A stretch of 64,000 nucleotides of DNA from a virus (Duplodnaviria; Caudoviricetes): the IMG/VR virus record IMGVR_UViG_3300028832_000095, positions 137,896 through 201,895 of that record, one strand, 5' to 3'. The notes beneath the pieces are model-generated. The model was not told where the DNA came from and did no database searches. It worked only from the letters and a program-made list of their open reading frames with translations. Of this stretch, positions 40,701 through 48,745 are shown in pieces. How positions within the stretch are numbered: position 1 is the stretch's first letter; each line of letters begins with the position of its first letter. The position numbers and the translations under genes are program-made.

Positions 40701-41132
40701 ACAAAAAGTGATTCAAACATAATGCAAATATACTATGCTAATATATCAAGTATAGACTGTCCTCAAATATTTGTTAGAGTTAGGGCAACAAATTGGGGTG
40801 GTTGGGTTGCACTAAATGGACAATCTGTTGGTATTCATCTGTCAACTGGAGATGACCTTGATAATATAGTAGATCCGGGTATTTACCAGTGTGGAACAGT
40901 TACAAAAGCAAAATCATTATTACATACACCATTTGCAGATGCTACAACACCGATAGGTCAAACTAATTATAACTCTGCCGCATTCAAATTTATTGTTGAA
41001 AACGTAAACTCGCCATCAACAATTAAACAAACCATAATACCGTTATATGGAAATTCAACACATTTTGAAAGAACAAGACTGAGTGGTGTTTGGAATACAT
41101 GGTATGCATTTTCCGGTACTGCTGTGATATAA
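37800..41132 (+). CDS. large mosaic tail fibre / receptor-binding protein
   Basis: three knob-like motifs DLDNYKTPGIY, NFDSYTTVGVY, DLDNIVDPGIY; GTYDSVTVDAKGHVT repeat; two G.xFTVNAD modules. Confidence 0.85.
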   Translation: MSDVIVELKEFNVEFDDTNTSKSANIVSGHDIKESFATIHKRLNNIGYTWGTERIIIDSNADLDNYKTPGIYEMISSSYTITHSPIDDRFRMYVMTVGNNMTAQYYIPENYDCIYTRKYSDISGFEGWSDWKRIGEQIILSYGNSTWDDFYNAYIHNAVVYCRASSNTNPATGSQTRMAFMAYVNNGTSPTEVEFQYYRSVSSHSDSQQGDQVFVYKLVKNSGWSVTTREASSKIAVTSPIAKSYSSGTITLSHATSGVTAGTYDSVTVDAKGHVTAGTNYQQEEINYAINTGVKNILKITERYKEHQGVTFTVNADESVSISGGTTGTNSFIRLTGSQPSTDYTDQVPIPKGKYKISCPKAVSTDTFILVIGYRESSSDTRHTLQANSGNDFTNEFEITTDTGRFDVTLLSYSTDTSYTATVYPMVRSAEITDNTFESYALPNPELTASEIELVDNGAKNKFSGTYTSQTRSGIAFTVNADGTITANRVSSSNSAANMPSTSFTLKAGTYVFSCSPNPQRDVTYDSYVYNIDASATIARDNPNDPPGNVFTITQDTTVRVNVRVASGYAASNLIFSPMICSLAEWNVSKKFVPYVSTIRELFESIQDNDNIISGYVSDNTGTTKTVITSGVNATKSVKDGTIAYITFKEDNTATYTDITTTGISLSVNGTSALIPGTGNECYDYDNTSTVNPAVGSIDTMYIELNPRYGIQGCTNLYIYKDFGNNNTKWIYLCSTGLDLWSFYNFTGISGTLQNIYMNTNSSGYSVNLKGDTVFPFALATCDTSASAQNKVASVSQSAWSRKVGCIVAVKYANTNTYNANNSTTGTGSITLNVNGTGDANIYYGSTADPTGTNSAAFGYANRYAYYMWDGTYWVWLSQSTDNNTTYSAISQANITNGSGTSSGLITGQRAKQAVDKFAFGTNTQITSGSNFDSYTTVGVYYVASDTDALNITHCPVEYHGRLEVITTKSDSNIMQIYYANISSIDCPQIFVRVRATNWGGWVALNGQSVGIHLSTGDDLDNIVDPGIYQCGTVTKAKSLLHTPFADATTPIGQTNYNSAAFKFIVENVNSPSTIKQTIIPLYGNSTHFERTRLSGVWNTWYAFSGTAVI

Positions 41133-41152
41133 TTTTTTAGGAGAGTGATTTT

Positions 41153-41365
41153 ATGTATTATTTAGTAATTATTCAAAATAACAATACACAATCTATATTT
41201 TCATATCAAACTATTGATGAGGCACTATCTGTATTTCATACAGAGTTAGCATATCGTGGAGAAACAAGAAATTCTACTGTGTGTGTTATTCTGGAAGAAA
41301 CAGGTGCTTTGATCAAAAGAGATTCTTGGCAAAGACCAACTAATGCACAAACATCCGAAGAATAA
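41153..41365 (+). CDS. small protein after tail fibre
   Basis: AGGAG RBS, 70 aa. Confidence 0.7.
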   Translation: MYYLVIIQNNNTQSIFSYQTIDEALSVFHTELAYRGETRNSTVCVILEETGALIKRDSWQRPTNAQTSEE

Positions 41366-41370
41366 TAAAA

Positions 41371-41400
41371 ATGGAACCCTAATTTTAATTAGGGTTCCAT
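41371..41400. terminator. hairpin between convergent genes (bidirectional terminator candidate)
   Basis: ATGGAACCCTAATT/AATTAGGGTTCCAT. Confidence 0.75.
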
Positions 41401-41404
41401 AATA

Positions 41405-41668
41405 TCAACATTCTCTAAACACATAAACAGGAATTCCATTTTTTGTTTTGTTGTCTACAAGCCACCATGTACTCTCGGATTCACCATCTGATTTTCCGTA
41501 ACCGAAATACATATGATTATATTCATTTGTCTTTTTTACGGTTTCACAGAATAGTTTTTCTTTTGCAATGGATCTTGCTTTGTCAACAGAACAATAATCT
41601 TCCCTGATTGCACATAACATTCCTTTTTTGTCAGAGAACACCATAGCATTTACCTTTGATTTACTCAT
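41405..41668 (-). CDS. hypothetical protein (moron-like, own promoter)
   Basis: GGAGG RBS on - strand; promoter at 41718-41746. Confidence 0.75.
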   Translation of the reverse strand: MSKSKVNAMVFSDKKGMLCAIREDYCSVDKARSIAKEKLFCETVKKTNEYNHMYFGYGKSDGESESTWWLVDNKTKNGIPVYVFREC

Positions 41669-41717
41669 AGTTAAACCCTCCAAATATAATATAGTGGTAG
41701 ATAATACCTACACATAT

Positions 41718-41746
41718 ATTATAACATATTTTATAGAAAATGTCAA
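41718..41746 (-). promoter_or_regulatory. sigmaA-type promoter
   Basis: TTGACA-17nt-TATAAT with TG on - strand. Confidence 0.85.
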
Positions 41747-41783
41747 TATGAAAATTAGATTTTTTGAAAGGGGTTGCTTCACA

Positions 41784-43157
41784 ATGGTAAAAGAATATCA
41801 ATATGGAGATACAACTCAACTATCTGAGCATTTTAATGCAAAGGAATTTCAATGCAAATGTGGAAAACCACACAGCTTCTTTGTTTCGGAGGAACTTATT
41901 GCAAATCTTGAAATTCTAAGATCAACACTTGACTGCCGAAATATTCATGTTTCAAGTGGTTTCCGCTGTCCGGAACATGATGTTGCTGTTGGCGGTAAGG
42001 GAAATGGTAAACATACAAAAGGACTTGCTGCTGATGTTATTTGTTATGATAAAAATGGAAATCCTATTTCATCTAAACTTGTTAGCTGTAAAGCACAAGA
42101 CATTGGATTTAAGGGAATTGCAAATATCACAAAATCATACACTTCTACTCATTTAGATATGCGTGAGGGCAAGAAGTGGTATGGTGATGAAACAAAAGGA
42201 ACATCTTGGGCTTGCAATGATTTTTATGAATACTATGGTATTCCTAGGGATAATAGTGATGAGGATGATAATATGAGTGATACAACAAAACGTGGAATGG
42301 ATATTTCTTATTGTCAAAAGAAAGTTACATGGAGTAAAGTTAAAGGAATTGATTTTGCTATCCTTCGTGCTGGATATGGAAGATATACAAATCAAAAGGA
42401 CTCAATGTTTGAGAGTCATTATGCAGGAGCAAAATCCGTAAATATTCCGGTAGGTGCTTATTGGTACTCATATGCTACAACACCGGAAGATGCTAAAAAA
42501 GAAGCAGATGCTTGTATTGAAGTTATTAAAGGTAAACAATTCGAGTATCCGATATGGTATGATATCGAAGAACAAAAACAGCTTGAAACAGGTAAAAAGA
42601 ATGTTTCTGCTATCGTTCGTGCATTCTTAGAAAAAGTACAGAAAGCCGGATATTGGGTAGGAGTATATTCAATGGTAAGTGCCTTGAACAATTATGTTGA
42701 AGACGATATCTTACAAAAATATTCTGTATGGGTAGCTCATGTCGGCGTTAAGAAACCTTCTTATTCAAAGCCTTATGGAATGTGGCAGTATTCATGGAAA
42801 GGTGTGGTTGATGGAATAACTGGTGACGTTGACATGGATTATGGATATGTTGACTACCCAACCATGATTAAGGAAAAGGGTCTTAATGGCTTTGGTACAC
42901 CTACAGATGATACAGATGATAACAAATGTCCATACCCAGAACCTACAAAAGCAATTCGTGAAGGTGATACCGGAGACAGTGTTAAATGGTTACAATGGAA
43001 TCTAATATATCTTGGATATTTCAATGATGAAATAAATGGAATTTTTGATATCTTTACTCTTGGATCACTTCTTGCATATCAATTAAAGAATAATCTTGCC
43101 GTAGACGGTGTATGTGGTTCTGCTACAAGAAGTTCAATTATAAGTCAAAGTAAATAA
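41784..43157 (+). CDS. endolysin: peptidase M15 + GH25 muramidase + peptidoglycan-binding domain
   Basis: HFNAKEFQCKCG..SSGFRC..H..GLAAD..HLD; GMDISYCQ..ILRAGYG..YWYSYA..YDIEE..WQYS..VDMD; GDSVKWLQ..YQ..L.VDGVCG. Confidence 0.92.
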   Translation: MVKEYQYGDTTQLSEHFNAKEFQCKCGKPHSFFVSEELIANLEILRSTLDCRNIHVSSGFRCPEHDVAVGGKGNGKHTKGLAADVICYDKNGNPISSKLVSCKAQDIGFKGIANITKSYTSTHLDMREGKKWYGDETKGTSWACNDFYEYYGIPRDNSDEDDNMSDTTKRGMDISYCQKKVTWSKVKGIDFAILRAGYGRYTNQKDSMFESHYAGAKSVNIPVGAYWYSYATTPEDAKKEADACIEVIKGKQFEYPIWYDIEEQKQLETGKKNVSAIVRAFLEKVQKAGYWVGVYSMVSALNNYVEDDILQKYSVWVAHVGVKKPSYSKPYGMWQYSWKGVVDGITGDVDMDYGYVDYPTMIKEKGLNGFGTPTDDTDDNKCPYPEPTKAIREGDTGDSVKWLQWNLIYLGYFNDEINGIFDIFTLGSLLAYQLKNNLAVDGVCGSATRSSIISQSK

Positions 43158-43163
43158 TGATAT

Positions 43164-43199
43164 AAAAAAGCAAGTGGTGTAAAAGCCACTTGCTTTTTC
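43164..43199. terminator. bidirectional Rho-independent terminator
   Basis: AAAAAGCAAGTGG..CCACTTGCTTTTT between convergent genes. Confidence 0.85.
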
Positions 43200-43205
43200 T
43201 TTTAC

Positions 43206-43589
43206 TTATTCATCATCTTCATCAGTATCTTGACCAAATAGATTCAGAAAAGCATCGTATCCAATTCCGTCAATATCATCATAATCATCTTCTTCGTCAC
43301 TACTCATAAGCTGTTCGTAAACATATTGAGCCTGAACATAAACAGCCATCTCAGAGGAAATATCAAGTTTTCCGTCCTGATACATTTTATTTACAAGTTC
43401 CATCCCTTTTTGGAAGTTTTCAACGTACACTTCAATTCTCTGAAATATTCCGGTTGAAAGAAAACATATAACCCATTGATTTTTATTTGTTTCCTTATCA
43501 ACAACAGAAAAGCAGTCAACTTTATCTACTTCTAACAGACTGAGGGAAGATGATCCAGTTTCACTATACATCAATAACATATTATACAA
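43206..43589 (-). CDS. acidic hypothetical protein
   Basis: 127 aa, downstream of - strand promoter. Confidence 0.7.
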   Translation of the reverse strand: MYNMLLMYSETGSSSLSLLEVDKVDCFSVVDKETNKNQWVICFLSTGIFQRIEVYVENFQKGMELVNKMYQDGKLDISSEMAVYVQAQYVYEQLMSSDEEDDYDDIDGIGYDAFLNLFGQDTDEDDE

Positions 43590-43908
43590 TTTCCTTTCTA
43601 TTATAGATTTCTTTTACCTTAGACATGAAGTTTTCAATGTCAGTTTGTGCATTTTCAAAACTATTTACATCTAGTGTAAATGTCATATTTCTTTTAGCTT
43701 GTGGATAGATTGAATTATATCTATAATCTGGAATAGTTGCAATCATCTTTCTATCATTCACAAAGTATTCAAATTTTAATGACATATCCGAATTTCCGCT
43801 TGCATATTTTGAACAATCATTACAAGTCGGAAAGAAACCTTGTGATAAAAGGTAAAGTCTAAGATCTGGTAAACATCTGATTTCAATCATAGTTATAATC
43901 CTCCTCAT
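43582..43908 (-). CDS. hypothetical protein
   Basis: GAGGAGG on - strand; true start may be the downstream MIEIR. Confidence 0.7.
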   Translation of the reverse strand: MRRIITMIEIRCLPDLRLYLLSQGFFPTCNDCSKYASGNSDMSLKFEYFVNDRKMIATIPDYRYNSIYPQAKRNMTFTLDVNSFENAQTDIENFMSKVKEIYNRKEIV

Positions 43909-43935
43909 GTTATAATAGAACTATTCTATAAACAC

Positions 43936-43964
43936 AGTATAACATATAATTGCAAAAAAGTCAA
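43936..43964 (-). promoter_or_regulatory. sigmaA-type promoter
   Basis: TTGACT-17nt-TATACT with TG on - strand, back-to-back with 44006. Confidence 0.8.
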
Positions 43965-44005
43965 GTAATATTAGATTGTTAAATAAAAAAATTTTCAAAA
44001 AACAC

Positions 44006-44034
44006 TTGACAAATATCTAAAAATGTGTTATACT
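44006..44034 (+). promoter_or_regulatory. sigmaA-type promoter
   Basis: TTGACA-17nt-TATACT with TG extension. Confidence 0.85.
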
Positions 44035-44078
44035 ATATTTACAAGGTTAAGATGTGTGATCGGAACAGGAGGTACATT

Positions 44079-44717
44079 ATGGATTCCACAAAGATGATTG
44101 AAACCATTAAGAAATTACTTAGAACTTCTATGGATAGTGGTGCTACTGAGAATGAAGCGAGACTGGCTTCCCTCAAAGCACAGAAACTTATGGCAAAATA
44201 CAACATCGAGATCACTGATGTTGAAGAACAGGAAGAAGATATTTCCTATACTGTTATTGATACAGGAACAGGAAATAAGTGGAAGTATTCTTTGGCAATT
44301 ATTGTTGCAAGAAACTTCTGCTGTAAGTTCTTTACTATCGGAACTGGTAAAATGGCATTCTATGGGTACAACCATAACACAGCGGTTGCAAAAGAAGTTT
44401 TTAATTTTCTGTATAATGTTGGTAACAGACTTGCAATGAGACATTATCAGAATCTCAGATATCGCAATGAGGAAACAAAAGGTGTTAAAAATTCTTTCCT
44501 TATTGGATATGTAAAAGGTATTGCAAGCGTTCTTGATCAGCAGTGCAGAGCCTTAATGCTTGTAACACCTAAGAAGGTTGAAGAAACCTATAAGGAAATG
44601 ACTTCCGAAAATGACTTCCGAACAAAGAATACACGAACTGCATATAATGAAGGAAAGTCTTACGAAGAAGGATACAAAAGGGGCAGAGAAACTGCCGAGA
44701 GTAGATATATTGAATAA
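44079..44717 (+). CDS. DUF2786-domain protein
   Basis: IKKLL..ENEARLASLKAQKLMAKYNI; SFLIGY..GI. Confidence 0.8.
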   Translation: MDSTKMIETIKKLLRTSMDSGATENEARLASLKAQKLMAKYNIEITDVEEQEEDISYTVIDTGTGNKWKYSLAIIVARNFCCKFFTIGTGKMAFYGYNHNTAVAKEVFNFLYNVGNRLAMRHYQNLRYRNEETKGVKNSFLIGYVKGIASVLDQQCRALMLVTPKKVEETYKEMTSENDFRTKNTRTAYNEGKSYEEGYKRGRETAESRYIE

Positions 44718-44759
44718 AGATAAATAATTGTAGGACAAAAAGAAAAGGAGATAACTAAA

Positions 44760-44963
44760 ATGAAAACTTTCAAAAATAAGGCATCCAGAAACGGTTATAT
44801 ATTCGGTCAGATCTGTTCTGTTGTCGGTGTACTGATGATTCTGGTATCTCTTATAACAATGGAAACAGCAGAACAAACAATTAACATCAAAGGATTTATG
44901 ACTGCCATGATCGGATTCCTTGTATACAAATACGGTGATTTTAGAACAGGAGGATTGAAATGA
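44760..44963 (+). CDS. small two-TM membrane protein
   Basis: AAGGAG RBS, two hydrophobic segments. Confidence 0.7.
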   Translation: MKTFKNKASRNGYIFGQICSVVGVLMILVSLITMETAEQTINIKGFMTAMIGFLVYKYGDFRTGGLK

Positions 44964-45340
44964 AAAAGTTCGGCTATTTCATCAAGTTCACAACACTTGA
45001 TATTATCATTAGTGGAGTATGTGGATATATCACATACACGAAAACTCTTTCCGGATCTCTTTGGTGGCTTCTCGGTGGAGCTGCTTGTGGATATCTTGCA
45101 CTAATATTTGCAATTGATATCCTTGTAGAGATCAACCTATTTCTCTGTGGAGAAATTGATAATGAATGGTTAGTTGTAAGAGAAGCTATCCCTGGTGTTG
45201 GAGAAATCCTTGCTGCAATGTTTGAAGGATTTGGAACTAGCACAAGACTTTCTGCAAATGAAAAACTCAAAGTAAAAGACCTTATGCAGACTATTGATGA
45301 GTATCATAACGGAAGTCACAACCGGATTGATCGTAAATAA
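44960..45340 (+). CDS. membrane protein
   Basis: AGGAGG RBS, two TM segments. Confidence 0.7.
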   Translation: MKKFGYFIKFTTLDIIISGVCGYITYTKTLSGSLWWLLGGAACGYLALIFAIDILVEINLFLCGEIDNEWLVVREAIPGVGEILAAMFEGFGTSTRLSANEKLKVKDLMQTIDEYHNGSHNRIDRK

Positions 45341-45365
45341 ATATAGTACATCTAGTGTTAAATTT

Positions 45366-45398
45366 TGTAACCCTTGTAACCGCCATACAAGGGTTACA
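45366..45398. repeat. 13-bp perfect inverted repeat at the edge of an AT-rich non-coding tract
   Basis: TGTAACCCTTGTA-ACCGCCA-TACAAGGGTTACA. Confidence 0.8.
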
Positions 45399-45633
45399 TT
45401 TTGTAACATAAAATATATTATATATTAACCACAAAAAAAACAGCATAAAACATAAGATAATATACATTAAACAATAAGTATAATAACACAATAATATAAT
45501 AACTATATGTATATACATTCTTTTAGTAGATAATTGTTTGTTGATTATTTATTAAGATTTTGGCGTTCGTTATATGTTTTAACAATTACAAAAACCGATC
45601 ATATATCAACATAATATTTGTGTAAAATAACTA

Positions 45634-45662
45634 TTGACAACGATTTGCAAATATGTTATACT
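45634..45662 (+). promoter_or_regulatory. sigmaA-type promoter
   Basis: TTGACA-17nt-TATACT with TG extension. Confidence 0.85.
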
Positions 45663-45668
45663 AAAAAT

Positions 45669-45795
45669 GTAAAAGAGTAACGGCTTTACAACATAATTGA
45701 ATAAATACTTGTCCGTGTTTTGTGGTTGTAAAGTCGCTACATGGAGGAATAAACACATCCAGAAGTCCGTTACCTTTTGGGTGTGTTTATTTTTT
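45669..45795 (+). ncRNA. candidate sRNA or attenuator leader (about 127 nt)
   Basis: lies between promoter and terminator, no ORF; stem 45677-92/45725-40; terminator stem 45748-65/45774-91 plus U-run. Confidence 0.6.
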
Positions 45796-45871
45796 ATGTG
45801 TTTGATTTTAATAAGTGTGAAACAAAACAAAACAATATAGGTAAAATATTCTGTTTTGGAGGGGATTCAAA

Positions 45872-47167
45872 TTGGAACAGTCTTTTTTAAGTACAGTGGT
45901 TTCATTGAAGAAATCTGGAATGGGCAACGGTGATATCTATAAAGTGTTGCATAATAAATTTCCAGAACTCACATATGAGTGCATTCGATCCAGAGTTAGA
46001 AGATTAAATATTGATAATATACAGACAGAAAGCGTAAGAGTAGAAGATCAGGAATTAGAACCACAAACAACCTCAATGGAATATCGCAAAGATGGAACTA
46101 TTGTCTTTGAAAAAGTTATTTGTTTAGCAAAGAATCAGGAACTAACACCTGAGAATATACTTATTGCACATGGTATGAATCCTGATAAATGGGAGATTAT
46201 TTCATATAAGAATAACTTTTGGCAATCGCAGAAAAAAGGTGGAGAGATATTAAACCTTTACCAAAGCAAGATTACCGCCAAACCAAGAAAAGAGTATATA
46301 AGCCTAGAAGATATCAAAAAACATTTTGATACTTTTAGCAGAGAACATAAAGCACCAACACCTTTTGATAACTATGTATATCCAAAAGGAAACAGAGAAC
46401 TGTTATATGAAATAAACATATGTGATCTTCATCTTGGAAGATTTTGTTATGACAACGAAACAGATGAACCACTAAGCACAGAGATCACAAAGAAAAGATA
46501 CTTTGATGTTATTAAAGCTGAGTGTGAAAGAATCAAAAGTTTTGGGAATGATGTTTCTAAAATCCTGTTTGTTTGGTCAAATGATTTCTTTAATTCGGAC
46601 GGTATATCAGGATGCACAACTGGTGGAACTCCACAAGATACTGATAAGAAATGGCAAGAATTATATAAAATAGGAATTGAAATGCTTGTTGATACTGTTG
46701 AGATGTTAGTTCAATATGCTCCTGTTATTACATTCTATATAGCTTCTAACCACAGCCGTCAGGTAGATTTTTTTGCGATTAACTATCTGTATGCTTGGTT
46801 TAGAAAATATAGTAATGTCGATGTGTGGACTAACTGTTCTCCAAGACAGTATGTTGTATTTGGTCAAAACTTATTAGGTTTTGCTCATGGGTATTATGAA
46901 AAGAAAGATCAACTTCCATTTTTAATGAGTAATGAGTGTTCTAAAGAATGGTCTAATACAAAGTATAGAGAATTCCACTTAGCACATATTCACTCCGAGA
47001 AAGTAGAAGAAAAAGGCGGTATTGTATTCCGTTGGCTACCAAGTGTGACAAGTGCTGATACATGGTCAAAAGAATGTGGATATGTAATGGCAACAAAAAG
47101 AAGTTATAGTTTTGTATATGATCATGATAAAGGACTTATTCAGATCAATTCAACTATTGTGGAGTGA
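45872..47167 (+). CDS. calcineurin-like phosphoesterase with N-terminal HTH-like region
   Basis: CDLHLG, SNDFFN, SNH, FAHG, AHIHSE; GGAGG RBS with TTG start. Confidence 0.8.
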   Translation: MEQSFLSTVVSLKKSGMGNGDIYKVLHNKFPELTYECIRSRVRRLNIDNIQTESVRVEDQELEPQTTSMEYRKDGTIVFEKVICLAKNQELTPENILIAHGMNPDKWEIISYKNNFWQSQKKGGEILNLYQSKITAKPRKEYISLEDIKKHFDTFSREHKAPTPFDNYVYPKGNRELLYEINICDLHLGRFCYDNETDEPLSTEITKKRYFDVIKAECERIKSFGNDVSKILFVWSNDFFNSDGISGCTTGGTPQDTDKKWQELYKIGIEMLVDTVEMLVQYAPVITFYIASNHSRQVDFFAINYLYAWFRKYSNVDVWTNCSPRQYVVFGQNLLGFAHGYYEKKDQLPFLMSNECSKEWSNTKYREFHLAHIHSEKVEEKGGIVFRWLPSVTSADTWSKECGYVMATKRSYSFVYDHDKGLIQINSTIVE

Positions 47168-47481
47168 TTTATGTGAGCAGATCATATAGGAAGAATCCTA
47201 TTCTAAAAGATAGATATGGTTCTAAAGCATTGCGTTTTTTCAAAAGACAATCAAATAAAAAGGTTCGTAAGGATGACAATATTGCACAACATGGAAAATT
47301 CAAAAAGATTTATAACTCATGGGAGATACATGATTATATTGGAAGATACTCAGAACAGGAATTTCAAGAATCATGGAAATCAGAAACTTCAAAACCAAAA
47401 TACTTACAATGGATGCATAAACAATTTAAGACATATAAAGAAGCGCTTATATGGTGGAAGAAGAAATACAGATATAAATAA
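47164..47481 (+). CDS. basic hypothetical protein
   Basis: SRSYRK..KRQSNKKVR..FKK..SWEIHD. Confidence 0.7.
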   Translation: MIYVSRSYRKNPILKDRYGSKALRFFKRQSNKKVRKDDNIAQHGKFKKIYNSWEIHDYIGRYSEQEFQESWKSETSKPKYLQWMHKQFKTYKEALIWWKKKYRYK

Positions 47482-47486
47482 AGGAG

Positions 47487-47687
47487 TTGGTTAAATTGAA
47501 ACTTAGAATCAATGAAGATACTGCTTGTATTCCTTCAAAAACATCTTATATGAATGAAGATGGATTTTATAATGGAATATATTATTTTGGAGATCCTAAA
47601 CAGCCAAAGAGTTGGAGAGATTATGTAAAGAGTAAAAAGAAACAAACAGAAAAACTAACAATTGCAGAAACAGACGAACAGCTTTAA
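47487..47687 (+). CDS. small protein with KLRINE leader
   Basis: AAGGAG RBS; start uncertain. Confidence 0.6.
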   Translation: MVKLKLRINEDTACIPSKTSYMNEDGFYNGIYYFGDPKQPKSWRDYVKSKKKQTEKLTIAETDEQL

Positions 47688-47699
47688 GGAGTTGTAATA

Positions 47700-48395
47700 A
47701 TGATAATAGGTGGTATACAAAAACTAACACTTTTAGATTATCCTGAAAAAGTAGCGTGTACTGTTTTTACATATGGATGCAATTTAAGATGTCCTTTCTG
47801 TCATAATAAAGCATTAGTTACAGAATCCGCAACAAATGTTATTCAGGAACAGCAAATATATGATTTTCTAAAAACAAGAAAAGGAATACTTGATGCTGTA
47901 TGTATCTCAGGTGGTGAGCCTTTTCTTAATTTAGATATAATTGATTTTGCTAAAAACATAAAAGAAATGGGATTCCTTGTAAAAGTAGATACGAATGGAA
48001 CTTTTCCGGAACGATTAGAAGAACTATGTAATACCGGATATATAGATTATGTAGCAATGGATATAAAGAACAGTATTGATAAATATACCATGACTTGCGG
48101 AATAGATAAGATCGTTGTTGGAAAAGTTATGAAATCGGTTAGTTACCTAATGTCACAAGATAAAGTTGATTATGAGTTCAGAACAACTTGCACAGAGACA
48201 TTTCATACTGAGGAAGATATAGATAAAATAGCTTCTTGGATCAAAGGATGTAATCACTATTATTTACAGAAATATCTTTATCGAGAATCCGTTATAGACA
48301 AAACTTGTTTAGAATGTAGTAATGAGAAGATGAAAGACTTCTTAGCTATTGCACAACGGCATATACCGAATACAAAACTAAGAGGAGTTGAATGA
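47700..48395 (+). CDS. nrdG: anaerobic ribonucleotide reductase activating protein (radical SAM)
   Basis: GGIQKLTLLDYP..GCNLRCPFCHN (CxxxCxxC), ISGGEP, KVDTNG, AMDIK, YEFRTT. Confidence 0.9.
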   Translation: MIIGGIQKLTLLDYPEKVACTVFTYGCNLRCPFCHNKALVTESATNVIQEQQIYDFLKTRKGILDAVCISGGEPFLNLDIIDFAKNIKEMGFLVKVDTNGTFPERLEELCNTGYIDYVAMDIKNSIDKYTMTCGIDKIVVGKVMKSVSYLMSQDKVDYEFRTTCTETFHTEEDIDKIASWIKGCNHYYLQKYLYRESVIDKTCLECSNEKMKDFLAIAQRHIPNTKLRGVE

Positions 48396-48398
48396 GAG

Positions 48399-48638
48399 AT
48401 GAAACTATATATTCACGAAAAAGGAAAAGATAATCACTATTTTTATGTTATGGGATGGAAGACAGATAATAAGCAATCTGCACCATATAAGAGATGTAAA
48501 TTCGATATCTATGATGAAGCAGTACAGTTCTTCAAAGACATATCTAAGGTATGTAAATATGTTGAAATGTTTGAGTATATTGGAGGAAAAAGAAAGTGGA
48601 TCGCAGATACAGACGATACTTCCATTTTTGAAACCTGA
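48399..48638 (+). CDS. hypothetical protein with MKLYIHE leader
   Basis: GAGGAG RBS. Confidence 0.65.
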   Translation: MKLYIHEKGKDNHYFYVMGWKTDNKQSAPYKRCKFDIYDEAVQFFKDISKVCKYVEMFEYIGGKRKWIADTDDTSIFET

Positions 48639-48654
48639 TATGTAAAATAAATAC

Positions 48655-48730
48655 AAATCACATAAAGATTCTAAGTAGTTTCTTCAACTACAATATTAGC
48701 AAAGATTCTTTGTGTGATTTTTATTTTATT
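48655..48730 (+). terminator. long interrupted stem-loop with U-rich tail
   Basis: AAATCACATAAAGA/TCTTTGTGTGATTT outer stem; inner CTAA/TTAG and GTAGTT/AACTAC. Confidence 0.55.
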
Positions 48731-48745
48731 TTGGAGGTGGTCGAA

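Noticed and set aside
35828-41132. Diversity-generating retroelement suggested by the Mtd-N-like fibre domain
   Set aside because: No reverse transcriptase and no template/variable repeat pair was seen in the window.
41628-41783. N-terminal extension of the endolysin in the ORF track
   Set aside because: It overlaps a minus-strand gene and its promoter; the RBS supports ATG 41784.
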